DNA of 64,000 nt from Gigantopelta aegis (GCF_016097555.1 NC_054701.1:67224366-67288365); one strand, 5' to 3'; counted from the stretch's first letter, positions 35,501 through 48,182 are shown. The notes: a model not told the origin generated them from the sequence alone. A program made the numbers and translations.

Positions 35501-36379
35501 ATGGGGAGGTTGGTGGATTTGGATGAATAACACTACAGATATTCTACCACATGATTGAGACAATCCTTTGTGCACATAATGTAATACGGTAAAATTGCGC
35601 AATTAATCATTTGTTGTTTGTGATTTGCGGAAGTCTAGTTTTTGAGTTTCTGATCTTTTGTTTGGGCATTAAATTTAGGACATGATTTACCTGGACATAA
35701 TCAACATAACATATTTTGGACCCAAAGATCAACTGTTTTCGTGAGTGTGCTTTAAAATTATTCAGAGTGCATACATTAAGGAGGAAGAGTTGTCTGCCCT
35801 TTCATGTGAAGTGTCATAGTGATGCTAGTCACACTAAACATGGTAGTGATACAAATATTTTATATGGTCGGTTGTGTTATCACTAACATATATGGGGTGT
35901 CAACATGTCAACCCATTGAAAAAACAATTTTAAAAGCTCGGAAAAAACAAGAGGTGCTTAAATATATTTAAAGGTGAGGATCGGTCCCCTGTAGTGCAGG
36001 GCACATATTAAGTCAATGCTTTTCTTAATGTGCAGGGCGAGTTGCTTCCCTCTATTTAGCAAATTTAAAATGGTGGGCAAATGTCTTATGTTGTTGTTGG
36101 AAGATTTATTTTGTTAATAATGATGCAAGTACATCAACTGGGATTTAGTGAGTATGATAGGTCATACATTTTTGGTTTGTGTGTCCATTTGTTGCACTAT
36201 TTCGGTTGAGAAATGGTTGAAACATGGTGCCACATGTTTTGAATGCCAGCTATGTAGAGGATATGTAAGAATATTCGGACGTAGAAAGAACCACACTTTC
36301 GATGTCCGTTCAGACTAGGTCCCTTGGTCCACTCTGGATCTGCCTCTGAGCAGTAAGATTCCATTGTGTTTGTTAACAG

Positions 36380-36529
36380 GAGATAACTCGCAGACCTGGA
36401 GACAAGTGGATGATCCGTGGACCTAAAGAATATGTCCCACCCGTTGAAGTCGAAGTTGTGATGAAGAGACAGGCCATCCCATTGGACGAAAATGAAGGCA
36501 TTTACGTCAGAGATATCAAATCGGGAAAG
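36380..36529 (+). CDS. MVP: MVP exon 7. Encodes [50 protein letters not shown]
   Basis: Acceptor tttgttaacag|. Donor AAG|gtaatt at 36530. Aligns with human [45 protein letters not shown]. Confidence 0.9.
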
Positions 36530-37370
36530 GTAATTCAGAAAAATGTGTTTTTAAAAATCTGTCCTAGTTTATCCTAAAAGTTTGTTTTCTTTAACAACAC
36601 CACTAGAACACATTGAATTATTATTAATCATTGGTAAACATTTGGTAATTTTGACAGTCTTTGAGAGGAAACACACTAAATGTTTTCCATTAGTAGCAAT
36701 GGATCTTTTATATGCACCATCCCACAGCCAGGATAGCACATACCACAGCCTTTGATATACCAGCTGGGGTGCACAGGCTGTTGAATTAAACAAATAAAAC
36801 AGTATATGATACATTGTAGAACAATGCAAATAAGAATGACTACATCTGACAGTGATTACTAAATCAATGTGCTATAGTTGTGCAATGAAATAAAACAAAC
36901 TTTTCATGGAATCTACAGTATTTAACACACTATTATGTAATATATAAATATTATACATTTCCTGGCTCCACAATGTAGTTAGTACGGCCTCCGTGGGTCC
37001 AGAATGTATTGGACTCGAGTCAAACCTGACTACCTGACTACTTGAGTACCTGACACTTACACTAGATGATAATGAGATTAAGGAATAAAGTAAAATAGCA
37101 TTATGTATCTGAATTCCAGCGTTGAACATGAATGCCAAATGGTGCCATTATATTGCATTCCACACATTCGATTTTTTGTTTTCCTTCCATATCTCGTAGC
37201 ACTATAATGTAACTGGCATCAAGCATATGACAAAATGACATAAAACAATATAATTAAATGAGAGTGCTCTCCCTTGCATGGGTACTCGAGTCCTGTGAAC
37301 GGACTTGAGTCTTACTAGACTCGGTCCGTGGCCGAGTACTTGTGGAGACTCTGGTATTTGTTTGCTATAA

Positions 37371-37688
37371 CAGGGGCGGGATGTAGCCGAGTGTCAAAGC
37401 GCTCTCTTGGTGCCCCGTCGGTCTGGGATCGGTCCCCATCGATAGACCCATTGGGCTATTTCTTGTTCCAGACAGTGCACCATGACTGATATATCAAAGG
37501 TTGTGGTATATACTACCCTGTCTGTGGGATGATGCATATAAAAGATCCCTTGCTGCTAATCAAAAAGAGTAGTCCATGAAGTGGCGACAGCGGGTTTCCT
37601 CCCTCAATACGATGTGGTCCTTAATGATATGTCCAACGCCATATAACTGTAAATGTGTTGAATGTGTCTTTAAATAAAACATTTCAGG
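37371..37688 (+). repeat. tRNA-derived SINE, family A, in MVP intron 7
   Basis: Head gggcgggatgtagccgagtgtcaaagcg..ggatcggtcccc and the shared body and tail. Confidence 0.75.
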
Positions 37689-38275
37689 CCCGTAGCCAGG
37701 ATTTTTTTTTGGGGGGGGGGTCGTTTAGGCTTATAGTTAGGGTGGTCCACAGGGGGTATTAAAAAAAAGTCACCCATAAGTCACCCCCCTGATCCCCCAT
37801 TGGCTATGGGCCTGCATTTCCTTCCTTTAGTTGCTATTACAGTAGCACATTTGGTTTCATTATACAGTATTGATCTCGAAGGATTGTTTTAGGCTTTCTT
37901 GTTTTATATGCTTATAAAAACTGGGTTTTTTGTTTAACGACACCACTAGAGCACATTGATTGATTAATCATCGGCTATTGGATGTCAAACATTTTGTAAT
38001 TCTGACTCGTAGTCAACATTGGAAACCCGCTACATTTTTCCTAATGCAGAAAGGGATGTTTTATATGCATCATCCCACAGACAGGATAGCACATACCACA
38101 GCCTTTGATATACCAATCGTGGTGCACTGGCTGGAATGAGAAATAACCAGATGGGCATGAAAAGTATTTAACAGTTTTTGTATAAAATCATTAAAGATTA
38201 TTTTACACTTGTTTGTTCATCTACGTATCCTTTCATAGAATCAACAGTATTTAACACGTTTTTATTTTCTGCCAG

Positions 38276-38514
38276 GTCCGTGGTGTCACGGGTATAACAT
38301 ACATGTTGAACCAGGACGAGGAGCTGTGGGAGAAGACGGTGCCCCCCACCGTCGAGGGACTTCTCCAGCAGGGCAAGGACCCTCTGGCCGACCGTAGTGA
38401 TCGCAGTGCGCGCGAGTCCACGCCGAAAACTCGCGACAAGACGCGGGTCATCAACTTCCGGGTTCCTCACAATGCGGCTGTTCAGATCTACGACTATAAG
38501 GAAAAGAAAGCAAG
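38276..38514 (+). CDS. MVP: MVP exon 8. Encodes [64 protein letters not shown](R)
   Basis: Acceptor ttttctgccag| at 38274-75. Donor AAG|gtaggt at 38515. Aligns with human [65 protein letters not shown]. Confidence 0.9.
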
Positions 38515-39209
38515 GTAGGTCATTCCGTTTTGCAAGCGTCTGAAAAGTGCAAGAGCGATAATTTTGTTTGCAATGTGTACTTTTGCGTAACCCATTTTTC
38601 ATTGTGCTATAACTTTTAGGAGTCTATTGGTAATTTAAAGCACTTGCTTGATGCTCGGTCGGTTTGGGATCGATTCTCGTTTGTAGGCCCATTGGGCTGT
38701 TCCTCGTTCAAGCCAGTGCACCACAAAGGCCATGGTATGTGCTATCCTGTCTGTGGGATGGTGCATATAAAAGATCCCTTGCTGCTAATGGAAACATTCA
38801 GCGAGATTCCTCTCTAAGACTATGTTAAAATTACCAAATGTTTGACATCCAAGAGTTCTAGTGGTGTCATTAAACAAAACAAACTCGAACAGTAACTTTA
38901 GGATATCAATTATATTGTTGTATCAGGTTATGCAAAAGGAAATGTGTTATCTGTAATTTGTTTTGTGTAATCCATAAATGTTTTACACAAATTTCAATTA
39001 TCAAAGACCTGGCTCCATCAATACATACATATATATAATTAACTAAAACGTACACAAAATTGGTCTTGAAACATAATTATTTGCTCTTGTGCAATTTTAT
39101 GTTTGGATGACCAAATATCTAGTTTGAAAATGTGCTGAGAGGAACCATTTCTTTCTATGTATATTTTTTCTCTCTCGCTCCCTCTCCCTCTCCCTCTCCA
39201 ACTCTCTCC

Positions 39210-39320
<111 letters not shown>

Positions 39321-39453
39321 CCTCCTTCCTTCCTATCTTTTTGTACCACCACTACCAACATTGTAGTTCAATTAAGATCACACCAATTTCTTTTATAAAT
39401 AATCTTGTGGATGTTCCTACCAACTGTATGTGACATGTTGTTTGTTATTTCAG

Positions 39454-39651
39454 AGTTGTGTTTGGCCCTGAGCTGGTGATGCTTGGTCCAGATGAACAGT
39501 TCACCCAGCTCAGTCTGTCTGGTGGGAAGCCCAAGAAACCCAACGTCATCAAGTCTCTGTGTCTGCTGCTCGGCCCAGATTTCTGCACAGACATCATCGT
39601 CGTGGAGACGGCTGACCATGCCCGACTTTCTCTTCAGCTCTCATACAACTG
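39454..39651 (+). CDS. MVP: MVP exon 9. Encodes (R)[65 protein letters not shown](W)
   Basis: Acceptor tttgttatttcag| at 39452-53. Donor TG|gtaagt at 39652. Aligns with human [63 protein letters not shown]. Confidence 0.9.
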
Positions 39652-40211
39652 GTAAGTCTGTTGTAATACACAAGGTTATAATATTTCTTAAACTTTTTTT
39701 TTATTTGCTGATAAAATATGGATAAAAGTGACCTTTGGGAAAAATAGTCTGATTACTACCAAATTTTACTATATAATTGGATTTGAATCCTGAAATGTGG
39801 AAACGAGTCCCATTTTAGTAATGGATCTTCTGTTGATACATGATTCATCTAACTTTCGTTCCAGCCAAGTGCTCCACAACTGGTGTAGCAAAGTCTGTGG
39901 TATGTACTATGCTGTCTGTCGGATGATGCATATAAAAGATCCCTTGCTGCTAATCGAAAAGAGTAGTCCATGAAGTGGCGACAGCGGGTTTCCTCTCTCA
40001 ATATCTGTGTGGTCCGTAACCATATGTCTGGTGCCATATAACCGTCAATAAAATGTGTTGAGTGTGTCGTTAAATATAAGATTTAGATGGTATTCATAAT
40101 TAATTTTGTCACAGGTTCAGTTTTAACCATTGTGATAATTCTGTAATTCTAATGAGTAACTACTGCCAACATACCTATAACAGTATTTAATGTAAGATCT
40201 GTACTATGCAG

Positions 40212-40353
40212 GTTCTTTGAAATCAAGTCGAAGTCTCCCGAGGAAGCGGCCAAGCTGTTCAGTGTCCCGGACTTTACGGGAGATTCCTGCAAGGCCATCG
40301 CCTCCCGTGTGAGAGGAGCTGTAGCTCAGGTCCAGTTCGATGACTTTCACAAG
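40212..40353 (+). CDS. MVP: MVP exon 10. Encodes (W)[47 protein letters not shown]
   Basis: Acceptor ctgtactatgcag| at 40210-11. Donor AAG|gtttgt at 40354. Aligns with human [49 protein letters not shown]. Confidence 0.9.
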
Positions 40354-40622
40354 GTTTGTACTCGACCCCATGTAATATATAGAGGATTCGTCATCAGGGT
40401 TTTTAAATATGGAAAATATCAACCAATACTACATTTACTGATTAACTGGACAAGGTTGATATTTTCCATATTAATCTTTAGACTACTGGATTAATTTTTG
40501 ACAAAAACCATGTTGAGTGTGTACAAGATTTTTGCTCTAGATCTAGTGTCTTTTACACCTAATAGCCACAACTTGAAATAGTGTGCAGCGGTATCTTTAA
40601 ACAAACATTCCTTTCCTTTCAG

Positions 40623-40834
40623 AATTCTGCTAAAATCATCCGAGCTTCCGTGTTCGGCTTTGATGATAAGAACAAGGTGCGCGACCGGTTTATTTTCTCC
40701 CAGAACAGCCTGGTGATCACGAGCATCGACATCCAGTCGGTGGAGCCCGTCGACCAGCGAACCCGCGACTCGCTCATAAAGTCTGTGCAGCTTGCCATCG
40801 AGATCACAACCAACTCGCAGGAAGCTGCTGCCAG
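40623..40834 (+). CDS. MVP: MVP exon 11. Encodes [70 protein letters not shown](R)
   Basis: Acceptor ttcctttcctttcag| at 40621-22. Donor CAG|gtagat at 40835. Aligns with human [50 protein letters not shown]. Confidence 0.9.
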
Positions 40835-41640
40835 GTAGATACCGATTGATATTATACACATGGTATAAAATAAACCATATTATACATATGATATAAAATA
40901 AACAGTATTATACATGATATAAAATAAACAGTATTATACATGATATAAAATAAACCATATTATACATATGATATATAATAAACAGTATTATACATGATAT
41001 AAAATAAACAGTATTATACATGATATGAAATAAACAGTATTATAACATTAATATCACCACCAACTCACAGGAAGCTGCTGCCAGGTAGATACCGATTGAT
41101 ATTATACACATGGTATAAAATAAACCATATTATACATATGATATAAAATAAACAGTATTATACATGATATAAAATAAACAGTATTATACATGATATAAAA
41201 TAAACAGTATTATACATGATATAAAATAAACCATATTATACATATGATATATAATAAACAGTATTATACATGATATAAAATAAACAATATTATACATGAT
41301 ATGAAATAAACAGTATTATAACATTGAGATCACCACTAACTCACAGGAAGCTGCTGCCAGGTAAATACCGATTGATATTATACACATGATATAAAATAAA
41401 CAGTATTATACACGTGATATAAAATAAACAGTACTATAAACATCGAGATCACCACCATCTCACAGGAAGCTGCTGCCAGGTAGATACAGATTGATATTAT
41501 ACTATAAACATTGAGATCACCACCAACTCTACAGCCAGGTAGATAAAAATTGGCATTACACACATGATATAAAATAAACAGTATTATAAACATTGAAATC
41601 ACCACCAAGTCAAATGAAGCTGCTGCCAGGTTGATGTGAC
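40835..41640. repeat. Tandem array in MVP intron 11 that repeats the exon-11 3' end plus the donor site. It is interleaved with a 27-bp minisatellite (atgatataaaataaacagtattataca)
   Basis: Copies of caccaactcacaggaagctgctgccaggtagataccgattgatattatacacatg lie near 41053, 41335, 41455 and, more degenerate, 41510 and 41600. The true junction is at 40805-40850. Confidence 0.85.
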
Positions 41641-41825
41641 AGTATTCAGAACATTCAAGAACTCTGTGTTTAGTCAATAATATCATGAAGGTGATATTGT
41701 TAGTATGCACATTGAGTATCAGCATGCATATTGAGTATAGGGGTATTGGTAAGAAAGTAAGAAATTCTTCATTTAGGCTTTGTACAGCTGCTATTCACAC
41801 ATACCCCAACCTGTATTATCTTGTA

Positions 41826-42040
41826 TTACCAACCTCGGTAGTGTTGTGGTTAAGTCATCGGACATAAGGCTGGTAGGCACTGGGTTCGCAGCCTGGTACC
41901 GGTTCCCACAACTAACAAGTAACCTACTGTTCTGGACAGATAGCTGAATTGTGTGCTCAGGACAGCGTGCTTGAACCTTAATTGGATATGTCCCATTGGG
42001 CTCTTTCTTGTTTCAATATCTGTGTGGTCCTTAACCATAT
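41826..42040 (+). repeat. tRNA-derived SINE, family C, fragment in MVP intron 11
   Basis: ggctggtaggcactgggttcgcagcctggtaccgg..cttgaaccttaattggatatgtcc. Confidence 0.5.
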
Positions 42041-42110
42041 GTCTGATGCCATATAACCGTAAATAAAATGTGTTGAGTGCGTCATTAAATAAAAAATTTC
42101 CTTCCTTCAG

Positions 42111-42354
42111 ACACGAGGCTGAGCGACTGGAGCAGGAGGCGCGCGGTCGTCTGGAGCGCCAGAAGATCAGTGACGAGGCGGAGGCCGAACGCGCCCGCAA
42201 GGAGCTGCTGCTGTTGCAGGCGAACAGCGCCGCTGTCGAGAGCACAGGGCAGGCAAAGGCCGAGGCTCAGTCCCGCGCCGAGGCGTCCAAGATTGAGGGT
42301 GAGGCAGCCGTCGAACAGGCCAAGCTGAAGGCTCAGGCCATGAAGATTGAGGCG
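42111..42354 (+). CDS. MVP: MVP exon 12. Encodes (R)[81 protein letters not shown]
   Basis: Acceptor tttccttccttcag| at 42109-10. Donor GCG|gtaaga at 42355. Aligns with human [83 protein letters not shown]. Confidence 0.9.
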
Positions 42355-42375
42355 GTAAGATTTGGTTTTGTTTCA

Positions 42376-43127
42376 TACTTTGTTTCTTGGTAACTACCAG
42401 ACAAGACAGATGCCCCATTATATCCATTTGTACCCTGCCTGTTTAGTTTGTTTTATACTTGGTGGTCATGCTTGGTCTTTGTTCTTTCTTGGTAACTACC
42501 AGACAAGACGATGCCCCATTTATATCCATTTGTACCCTGCCTGTTTAGTTTGTTTTATACTTGGTGGTCATGCTTGGTCTTTGTTCTTTCTTGGTAACTA
42601 CCAGACAAGACGATGCCCCATTTATATCCATTTGTACCCTGCCTGTTTAGTTTGTTTTATACTTGGTGGTCATGCTTGGTCTTTGTTCTTTCTTGGTAAC
42701 TACCAGACAAGATGATGCTCCATTTATATCCATTTGTTCCCTGGCTGTTTAGTTTGTTTTATACTTGGTGGTCATGCTTGGTCTTTGTTCTTTCTTGGTA
42801 ACTACCAGACAAGACGATGCCCCATTTATATCCATTTGTACCCTGCCTGTTTAGTTTGTTTTATACTTGGTGGTCATGCTTGGTCTTTGTTCTTTCTTGG
42901 TAACTACCAGACAAGACAGATGCCCCATTTATATCCATTTGTACCCTGCCTGTTTAGTTTGTTTTATACTTGGCGGTCATGCTTGGTCTTTGTTCTTTCT
43001 TGGTAACTACCAGACAAGGCAGATGCCCCATGTATATCCATTTGTACCCTGGCTGTTTAGTTTGTTTTATATTTGGTGGTCATGCTTGGTCTTTGTTCTT
43101 TCTTGGTAACTACCAGACAAGTAACCC
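42376..43127. repeat. Tandem repeat in MVP intron 12: about 7 copies of an approximately 104-bp unit
   Basis: cttggtaactaccagacaagacgatgccccatttatatccatttgtaccctgcctgtttagtttgttttatacttggtggtcatgcttggtctttgttcttt repeats. ORFs 42362-43109 are artefacts. Confidence 0.9.
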
Positions 43128-43164
43128 AAAAAATGTAGTTACATAAAACAAACTTTTAACTCTT

Positions 43165-43166
43165 TT

Positions 43167-43206
<40 letters not shown>

Positions 43207-43512
43207 GACGTAGCCCAGTGGTACAGTGCTTGCTCGATGCACGGTCGGTCTGGGATCGATCCCCATTGGTGGGCCCATTGGGCTATTTCGTTTCAGGCAG
43301 TGGTATATCAAAGACTGTGGTATGTACTACCCTGTCTTTGGAATAGTGCATATAAAAGAACCCTTGCTGCTTATTGAAAAGAGTAGCCCATGAAGTGGGG
43401 ACAGCGAGTTTCCTCTCTCAATATCTGTGTGGTCCTTAACCATATGTCTGACACCATATAACCGTAAATAAAATGTGTTGAGTGCATCGTTAAATAAAAC
43501 ATTTCCTTCCTT
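43165..43512 (+). repeat. (G)39 tract followed by a family A SINE that ends 41 nt before MVP exon 13
   Basis: Homopolymer 43165-43203. SINE head gggcaggacgtagcccagtggtacagtgc.. and tail ..catcgttaaataaaacatttccttcc. Confidence 0.8.
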
Positions 43513-43553
43513 TAACTCTTTTTTTTTTTTTTTTTAAATATTACTTTCAACAG

Positions 43554-43898
43554 GAGTCTGAGCTGGAGAGACTGACAAATGCTCGCGAGGCTGAACTGAG
43601 ATTCATCAAAGAGCAGAACGAAATGGAGATTGACAAGTCGCGCGAGGTCTCGACCATCGACACGTCCAAGTTCAAGGACATGGTGGAGGCGATCGGTCCG
43701 GACACGCTGCGCATGATGGCCCAGTCCGGCCCCGAGATGCAGGTCAAACTGCTGCAGGCCCTCAACCTCAAGTCCACCCTGATCACCGACGGGTCGAACC
43801 CCATCAACCTCTTCAACACGGCCAACGGGCTGATCGGAGGAATGGTCCCGTACAAGCGCCGCAAGCAACAAGAGGAAGCTGATGATGATTCTGATTAA
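43554..43898 (+). CDS. MVP: MVP exon 13, terminal. Encodes [114 protein letters not shown]
   Basis: Acceptor ttactttcaacag| at 43552-53. Stop TAA at 43896-98. Aligns with human ..[55 protein letters not shown]. The 13 exons sum to 2589 nt, which is 862 codons plus a stop. Confidence 0.9.
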   Translation, partial: ESELERLTNAREAELRFIKEQNEMEIDKSREVSTIDTSKFKDMVEAIGPDTLRMMAQSGPEMQVKLLQALNLKSTLITDGSNPINLFNTANGLIGGMVPYKRRKQQEEADDDSD

Positions 43899-43915
43899 AA
43901 AGAAACTTGTCGCTG

Positions 43916-43921
43916 AATAAA
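43916..43921 (+). other. MVP: AATAAA, candidate polyadenylation signal for MVP, 18 nt after the stop
   Basis: Hexamer read at gctgAATAAAttg. Confidence 0.4.
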
Positions 43922-44949
43922 TTGTTAACTTAACAGTGATGATGATGCATAATCATGGTTAATATGGACCAAGTTAACCCTGAACTGAGAATGTAATTGA
44001 AATTATCATTTGTTATATTATATAATATACACCCTCCTGTTTTTACAGTCCATAGCTAAACATTATTATTACGGCCAGTACTAGCTGACATATGCCACTT
44101 TTATAACTTATTAACTTGCATTTTAGTTTTTTTCATTAACATCAGCAGACAAATGGGGTGAGGTGGGGGGCAACCCTCAGTATCCCCAGTCTGTATCTGC
44201 ACATGTTTTCTGTCCATTGCTAAACAATGTTACTATAGCCAGTTCTAGCTGATATTTGCAAGTTGTATTGCCTATTATCTTGTGACATTATCTCTTGAGA
44301 TTTTTCTGACCATAACTCGATTAATAAATATAATTGGGGCTGTGCAAGGATGCTGCTACTGTTTGATGAAGTGGAAAGGTGTCTGTTGGACAAAACGTTT
44401 AGATAACAAAAACATTATTCCTACATATTATCATGTTATTTAAAAGTTGACTCAGTGTGGTGCACATGTGAAGGTTGCCAAGGGTGTTGAATACCCATGC
44501 ATCAGCCATCAATGTAAATGTTGTAACAGTTAAATATTGTGAGGTTGTTGTGATAGTGTCGAAACTGTTAGTGTTGGGTATCTTCATGTCATTCTTGACA
44601 ACAGAATGTCTGCTCAATTCAGTAAGAAACCTGTATTTTCATGTCACCGTATTTTTCTTTCATGTTCACACAATACTGTATTACATTGTTGTTTTCTTAT
44701 GATAGATTCTGTGAGGGTTTTATATTTCAAGAAATGCATATGAGTATTGAAATGTCATGTAATTTGCAAGGGTAACAGAGAAAGAACAGGCCCGTAATAA
44801 CTGGGGAGGTGGGAGGGGTGGCGCGGCACATGCCCCCCCCCCCCCCACTTGTGAGTCTTTTTTTTTATTTATTATTATTTTTTTTAATCACATTAATGTT
44901 TGCCATTGTAACCAAAATCTGATATAGAGTTTGTACCTGATCCGTCAGT

Positions 44950-44983
<34 letters not shown>

Positions 44984-45202
44984 ATATCCCAAAGTCGTTC
45001 CTATGGGCCTGAAGAATGCAGTGTATTATAGGAGTTCTGTAGACAATGGTATGCGAAGATACCTGTATTTGAAAAAAACCAATGCACCTCTTTATAGTAT
45101 ATTTATGTGTGCATGTTACTTCGCTCCCTTCCTTCTCCAACCCTACTGTTCAAATTCAGTAGGCTGTAAATAATGTATATTAAACAGCCACACACACAAA
45201 AA

Positions 45203-45540
45203 GGTATAAAAAGGCATGTTCGTAATTTATTTACAATGAGACCCCTCTGAACTGGATACCTGTGCTACCCAGTAAAAAGTTTTAATGTAAGGGGTATCCA
45301 GTTTACAGAGGTTATATTCTGTACTGATATTTAAAAAGGGACCATGTAAATGTCCAGTTTACAGAGGGGTTTTCACTGTACTGTGGTGTATTGAATTTAA
45401 GTGATTTCGAACCATAGACATCTTGCCTTTAAGTCAGGTGGCTGCTTAATACAGTTCTTGATTGGTTTGTACATATGAGTAGTTGTACATTTTGAGAGTT
45501 GGCCACAATCTTTTATAGTCTAAATATTTACACATTCTAG
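45203..45540. repeat. Dispersed duplicate, copy 1 of 2. About 95% identical to 47456-47790
   Basis: aaaaaggcatgttcgtaatttatttacaatgaga..cacattctag occurs at both sites. Confidence 0.85.
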
Positions 45541-46732
45541 TTTCCCACATTTATAATATATACAATGTCGTGTAGTTTACCTTGTTTGCACAGTTATAAT
45601 ATTTATTTACATTTTGTTTACCTTGAATATTTTTCTTTATTTCTCTATTATTATCATTAAAGAAGTTTATTTTTACAGACATATTTTGAACATCATCTGT
45701 GATATGAACATTTTGTGACTTTCATTGTGGTTTATGCACATTTTGTATGATTATGTACATATTACATTTGTTAGACTGCATCCAACAACCGATGTTTGTT
45801 GTTCATGCTGAAATATTGTTAAACATCCATTCATTTCATTTGTTTTGACTGCTTATCTGGTTTATATTGATAGATTTTTATCAACTCTACAATAGGTATA
45901 TGGTATGGAGTCTACGTTTCTCCATTTGCACAGTTTATTTAAGCCACTATCAAAGTAAATGCATTTTCTCCAGTAATTTTAGAGTGAATGTATCTTCAAT
46001 ATTAGCTTACTAACTAGCCACTTAGTGTAAAATATTTTAGAAAAAGACTTAGGCCTACTACTAACATTTGATTGAAGATGAGGCTACTGACACTTAAACA
46101 AAGATAGAGGCATTTTGTAGTCTGTAATACAATAATTGTACAATATTCTTAATTATAAAGTGGGCATTTTTTTTTGTAGTCTGTAATACAATAATTGTAC
46201 AATGTTCTTAATTATAAAAATGGGTATTTTGTAGTAGTCATTAATACAATAATTGTACAATGTTCTTAAAAATGTATACAATTATAACATAAATGTTAAC
46301 ATTGTTTAATATTATTATTTGTAACATATTAGTACATTGTACAGCTTTCTAGTTTTAAAATTAACTTTGTTTCACTATTCATTGTAATACATAATTCTAA
46401 TATTGCATGCATTTTAGTTTGTTCTTTACTAAAAAAAATTAACCACCCATTCCTAGTTTTTTGTTAGGCTGTTGTCATTGGTGTCTAATGGTTGCATTTT
46501 CAGTTACTGTTGTGGAAAAGTATTTCACTTGTATGTTATTCTGACATTTTTTCTGGGCACTTACTGTTGAAGACAAGACGGAAGAATTATATTTGGAGAG
46601 AGAGTGTGTTCGTTTTATATTACATTTTGTGAAAAAAGATGAAATATTTTGTAATTGAATAAAATAATCACTGAATGTTTGGTGTTTTATTTGATAGAAC
46701 AGAGATTATCCAGATCATACATTATCATGGGC

Positions 46733-46955
46733 TTGGGTGAGATGTAGCCCAGTGGTAAAAGTTCTCGTTCCAGTCAGTGTACCATACTGATACAAAGACT
46801 GTGTGGTATGTGCTATCCTGTCTGTGGGATGGTGCATATAAAGAATCTCATGATACCAATGGAAAAAAAATGTCGCGAGTTTCCTTCGATGACACTGTCA
46901 GAATGACCAAATCAATGTGCTCTAGTGGTGTCGTTAAACAAAACAAAAACTTTGT
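46733..46955 (+). repeat. SINE, family A variant. The head carries a deletion. The tail is the alternative form ..aatcaatgtgctctagtggtgtcgttaaacaaaacaaa
   Basis: Head gagatgtagcccagtggtaaaag. The tail variant recurs at 783-910, 28585-28820, 30090-30420, 36600-36900 and 38640-38890. Confidence 0.55.
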
Positions 46956-46964
46956 TCAGTGCAC

Positions 46965-47345
46965 CGGCCTTGGTGGCGTAGTGGTTAGGCCATCGGTCTA
47001 CAGGTTGGTAGGTACTGGGTTCGGATTCCAGTCAAGGCATGGGATTTTTAATCCAGATACCGACTCCAAACCCTGTGAGTGCTCCGCAAGGCTCAATGGG
47101 TAGGCTTGCACCGACCAGGGATCCATAACTGGTTTAACAAAGGCCATGGTTTGTGCTACCGGGTATCCTGCCTGTGGGAAGCGCAAATAAAAGATCCCTT
47201 GCTGCTAATCGGAAAGAGTAGCCCATGTAGTGGCGACAGCGGGTTTCCTCTCAAAATCTGTGTGGTTCTTAACCATATGTCTGATGCCATATAACCGTAA
47301 ATAAAATGTGTTGAGTGCGTCGTTAAATAAAACATTTTTCTTTCT
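46965..47345 (+). repeat. tRNA-derived SINE, family B
   Basis: ggtggcgtagtggttaggccatcggtctacaggttggtaggtactgggttcggattccagtcaagg.. and the shared tail. Confidence 0.75.
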
Positions 47346-47455
47346 TTGTTCAGTGCATGTCAAAATTACCAATCGTTTGACATCCAATAATTTATTTTTA
47401 AAACATTTATTGTCCCAGATCAATGTGAAAATGATGGGAGTCTTGAATCATTGAA

Positions 47456-47790
47456 AAAGGCATGTTCGTAATTTATTTACAATGAGAACCCTCTGAACTG
47501 GACACTTGTGCTACCAAGTAAAAAGTTTCAATTTAAGGGGTATCCAGTTTACAGAGGTTATATTCTGTACTGATATTTAAAAAGGGACCATGTAAATGTC
47601 CAGTTTACAGAGGGGTTTTCACTGTACTGTGGTGTATTGAATTTAAGTGATTTCAAACCATAGACATCTTGCCTTTAAGTCAGGTGGCTGCTTAATACAG
47701 TTCTTGATTGGTTTGTACATATGAGTAGTTGTACATTTTGAGAGTTGGCCACATTCTTTTATAGTGTAAATATTTACACATTCTAGAGAA
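47456..47790. repeat. Dispersed duplicate, copy 2 of 2 (see 45203-45540)
   Basis: Read directly. Confidence 0.85.
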
Positions 47791-47884
47791 GCGCAAATGA
47801 TGGGAGTCTTGAATCACTGACTTAGTGTTTGTAACAACGGCCAATAATTAATAAATCAATGTGCTGTAGTGGCATCATAAAACG

Positions 47885-48182
47885 AAACGGGGCGAGACGT
47901 AAAGCGGTCTGGGATCGATCCCTGTCGATGGGTCCACTGGGCTATTTCTCATTCCAGCCAGTGCACCACGACTGGTATATCAAAGGCTGTGGTATGTACT
48001 ACCCTGTCTGTGGGATGGTGCATATAAAAGATCCCTTGCTGCTAATAGAAAAAGAGTAGTCCATGAAGTGGCGACAGCGGGTTTCCCATCTCAATATCTG
48101 TGTGGCCCTTAACCATGTTTGATGCCATATAACTATAAATAAAATGTGTTGAGTGTGTCGTTAAATAAAATATTTCCTTCCT
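47885..48182 (+). repeat. SINE, family A, with a 5'-truncated head
   Basis: ..gggatcgatccctgtcgatgggtccactgggctatttctcattccagccagtgcaccacgactgg.. and tail. Confidence 0.7.

Noticed and set aside
38198-38602. 134-aa minus-strand ORF overlapping MVP exon 8
   Set aside because: It is the antisense of a GC-rich, well-conserved MVP coding exon, so it is open by chance.
42362-43109. Three long + strand ORFs with internally repetitive peptides inside MVP intron 12
   Set aside because: They translate a ~104-bp tandem repeat. They are periodic, have no splice context, and lie inside an intron of a well-supported gene.
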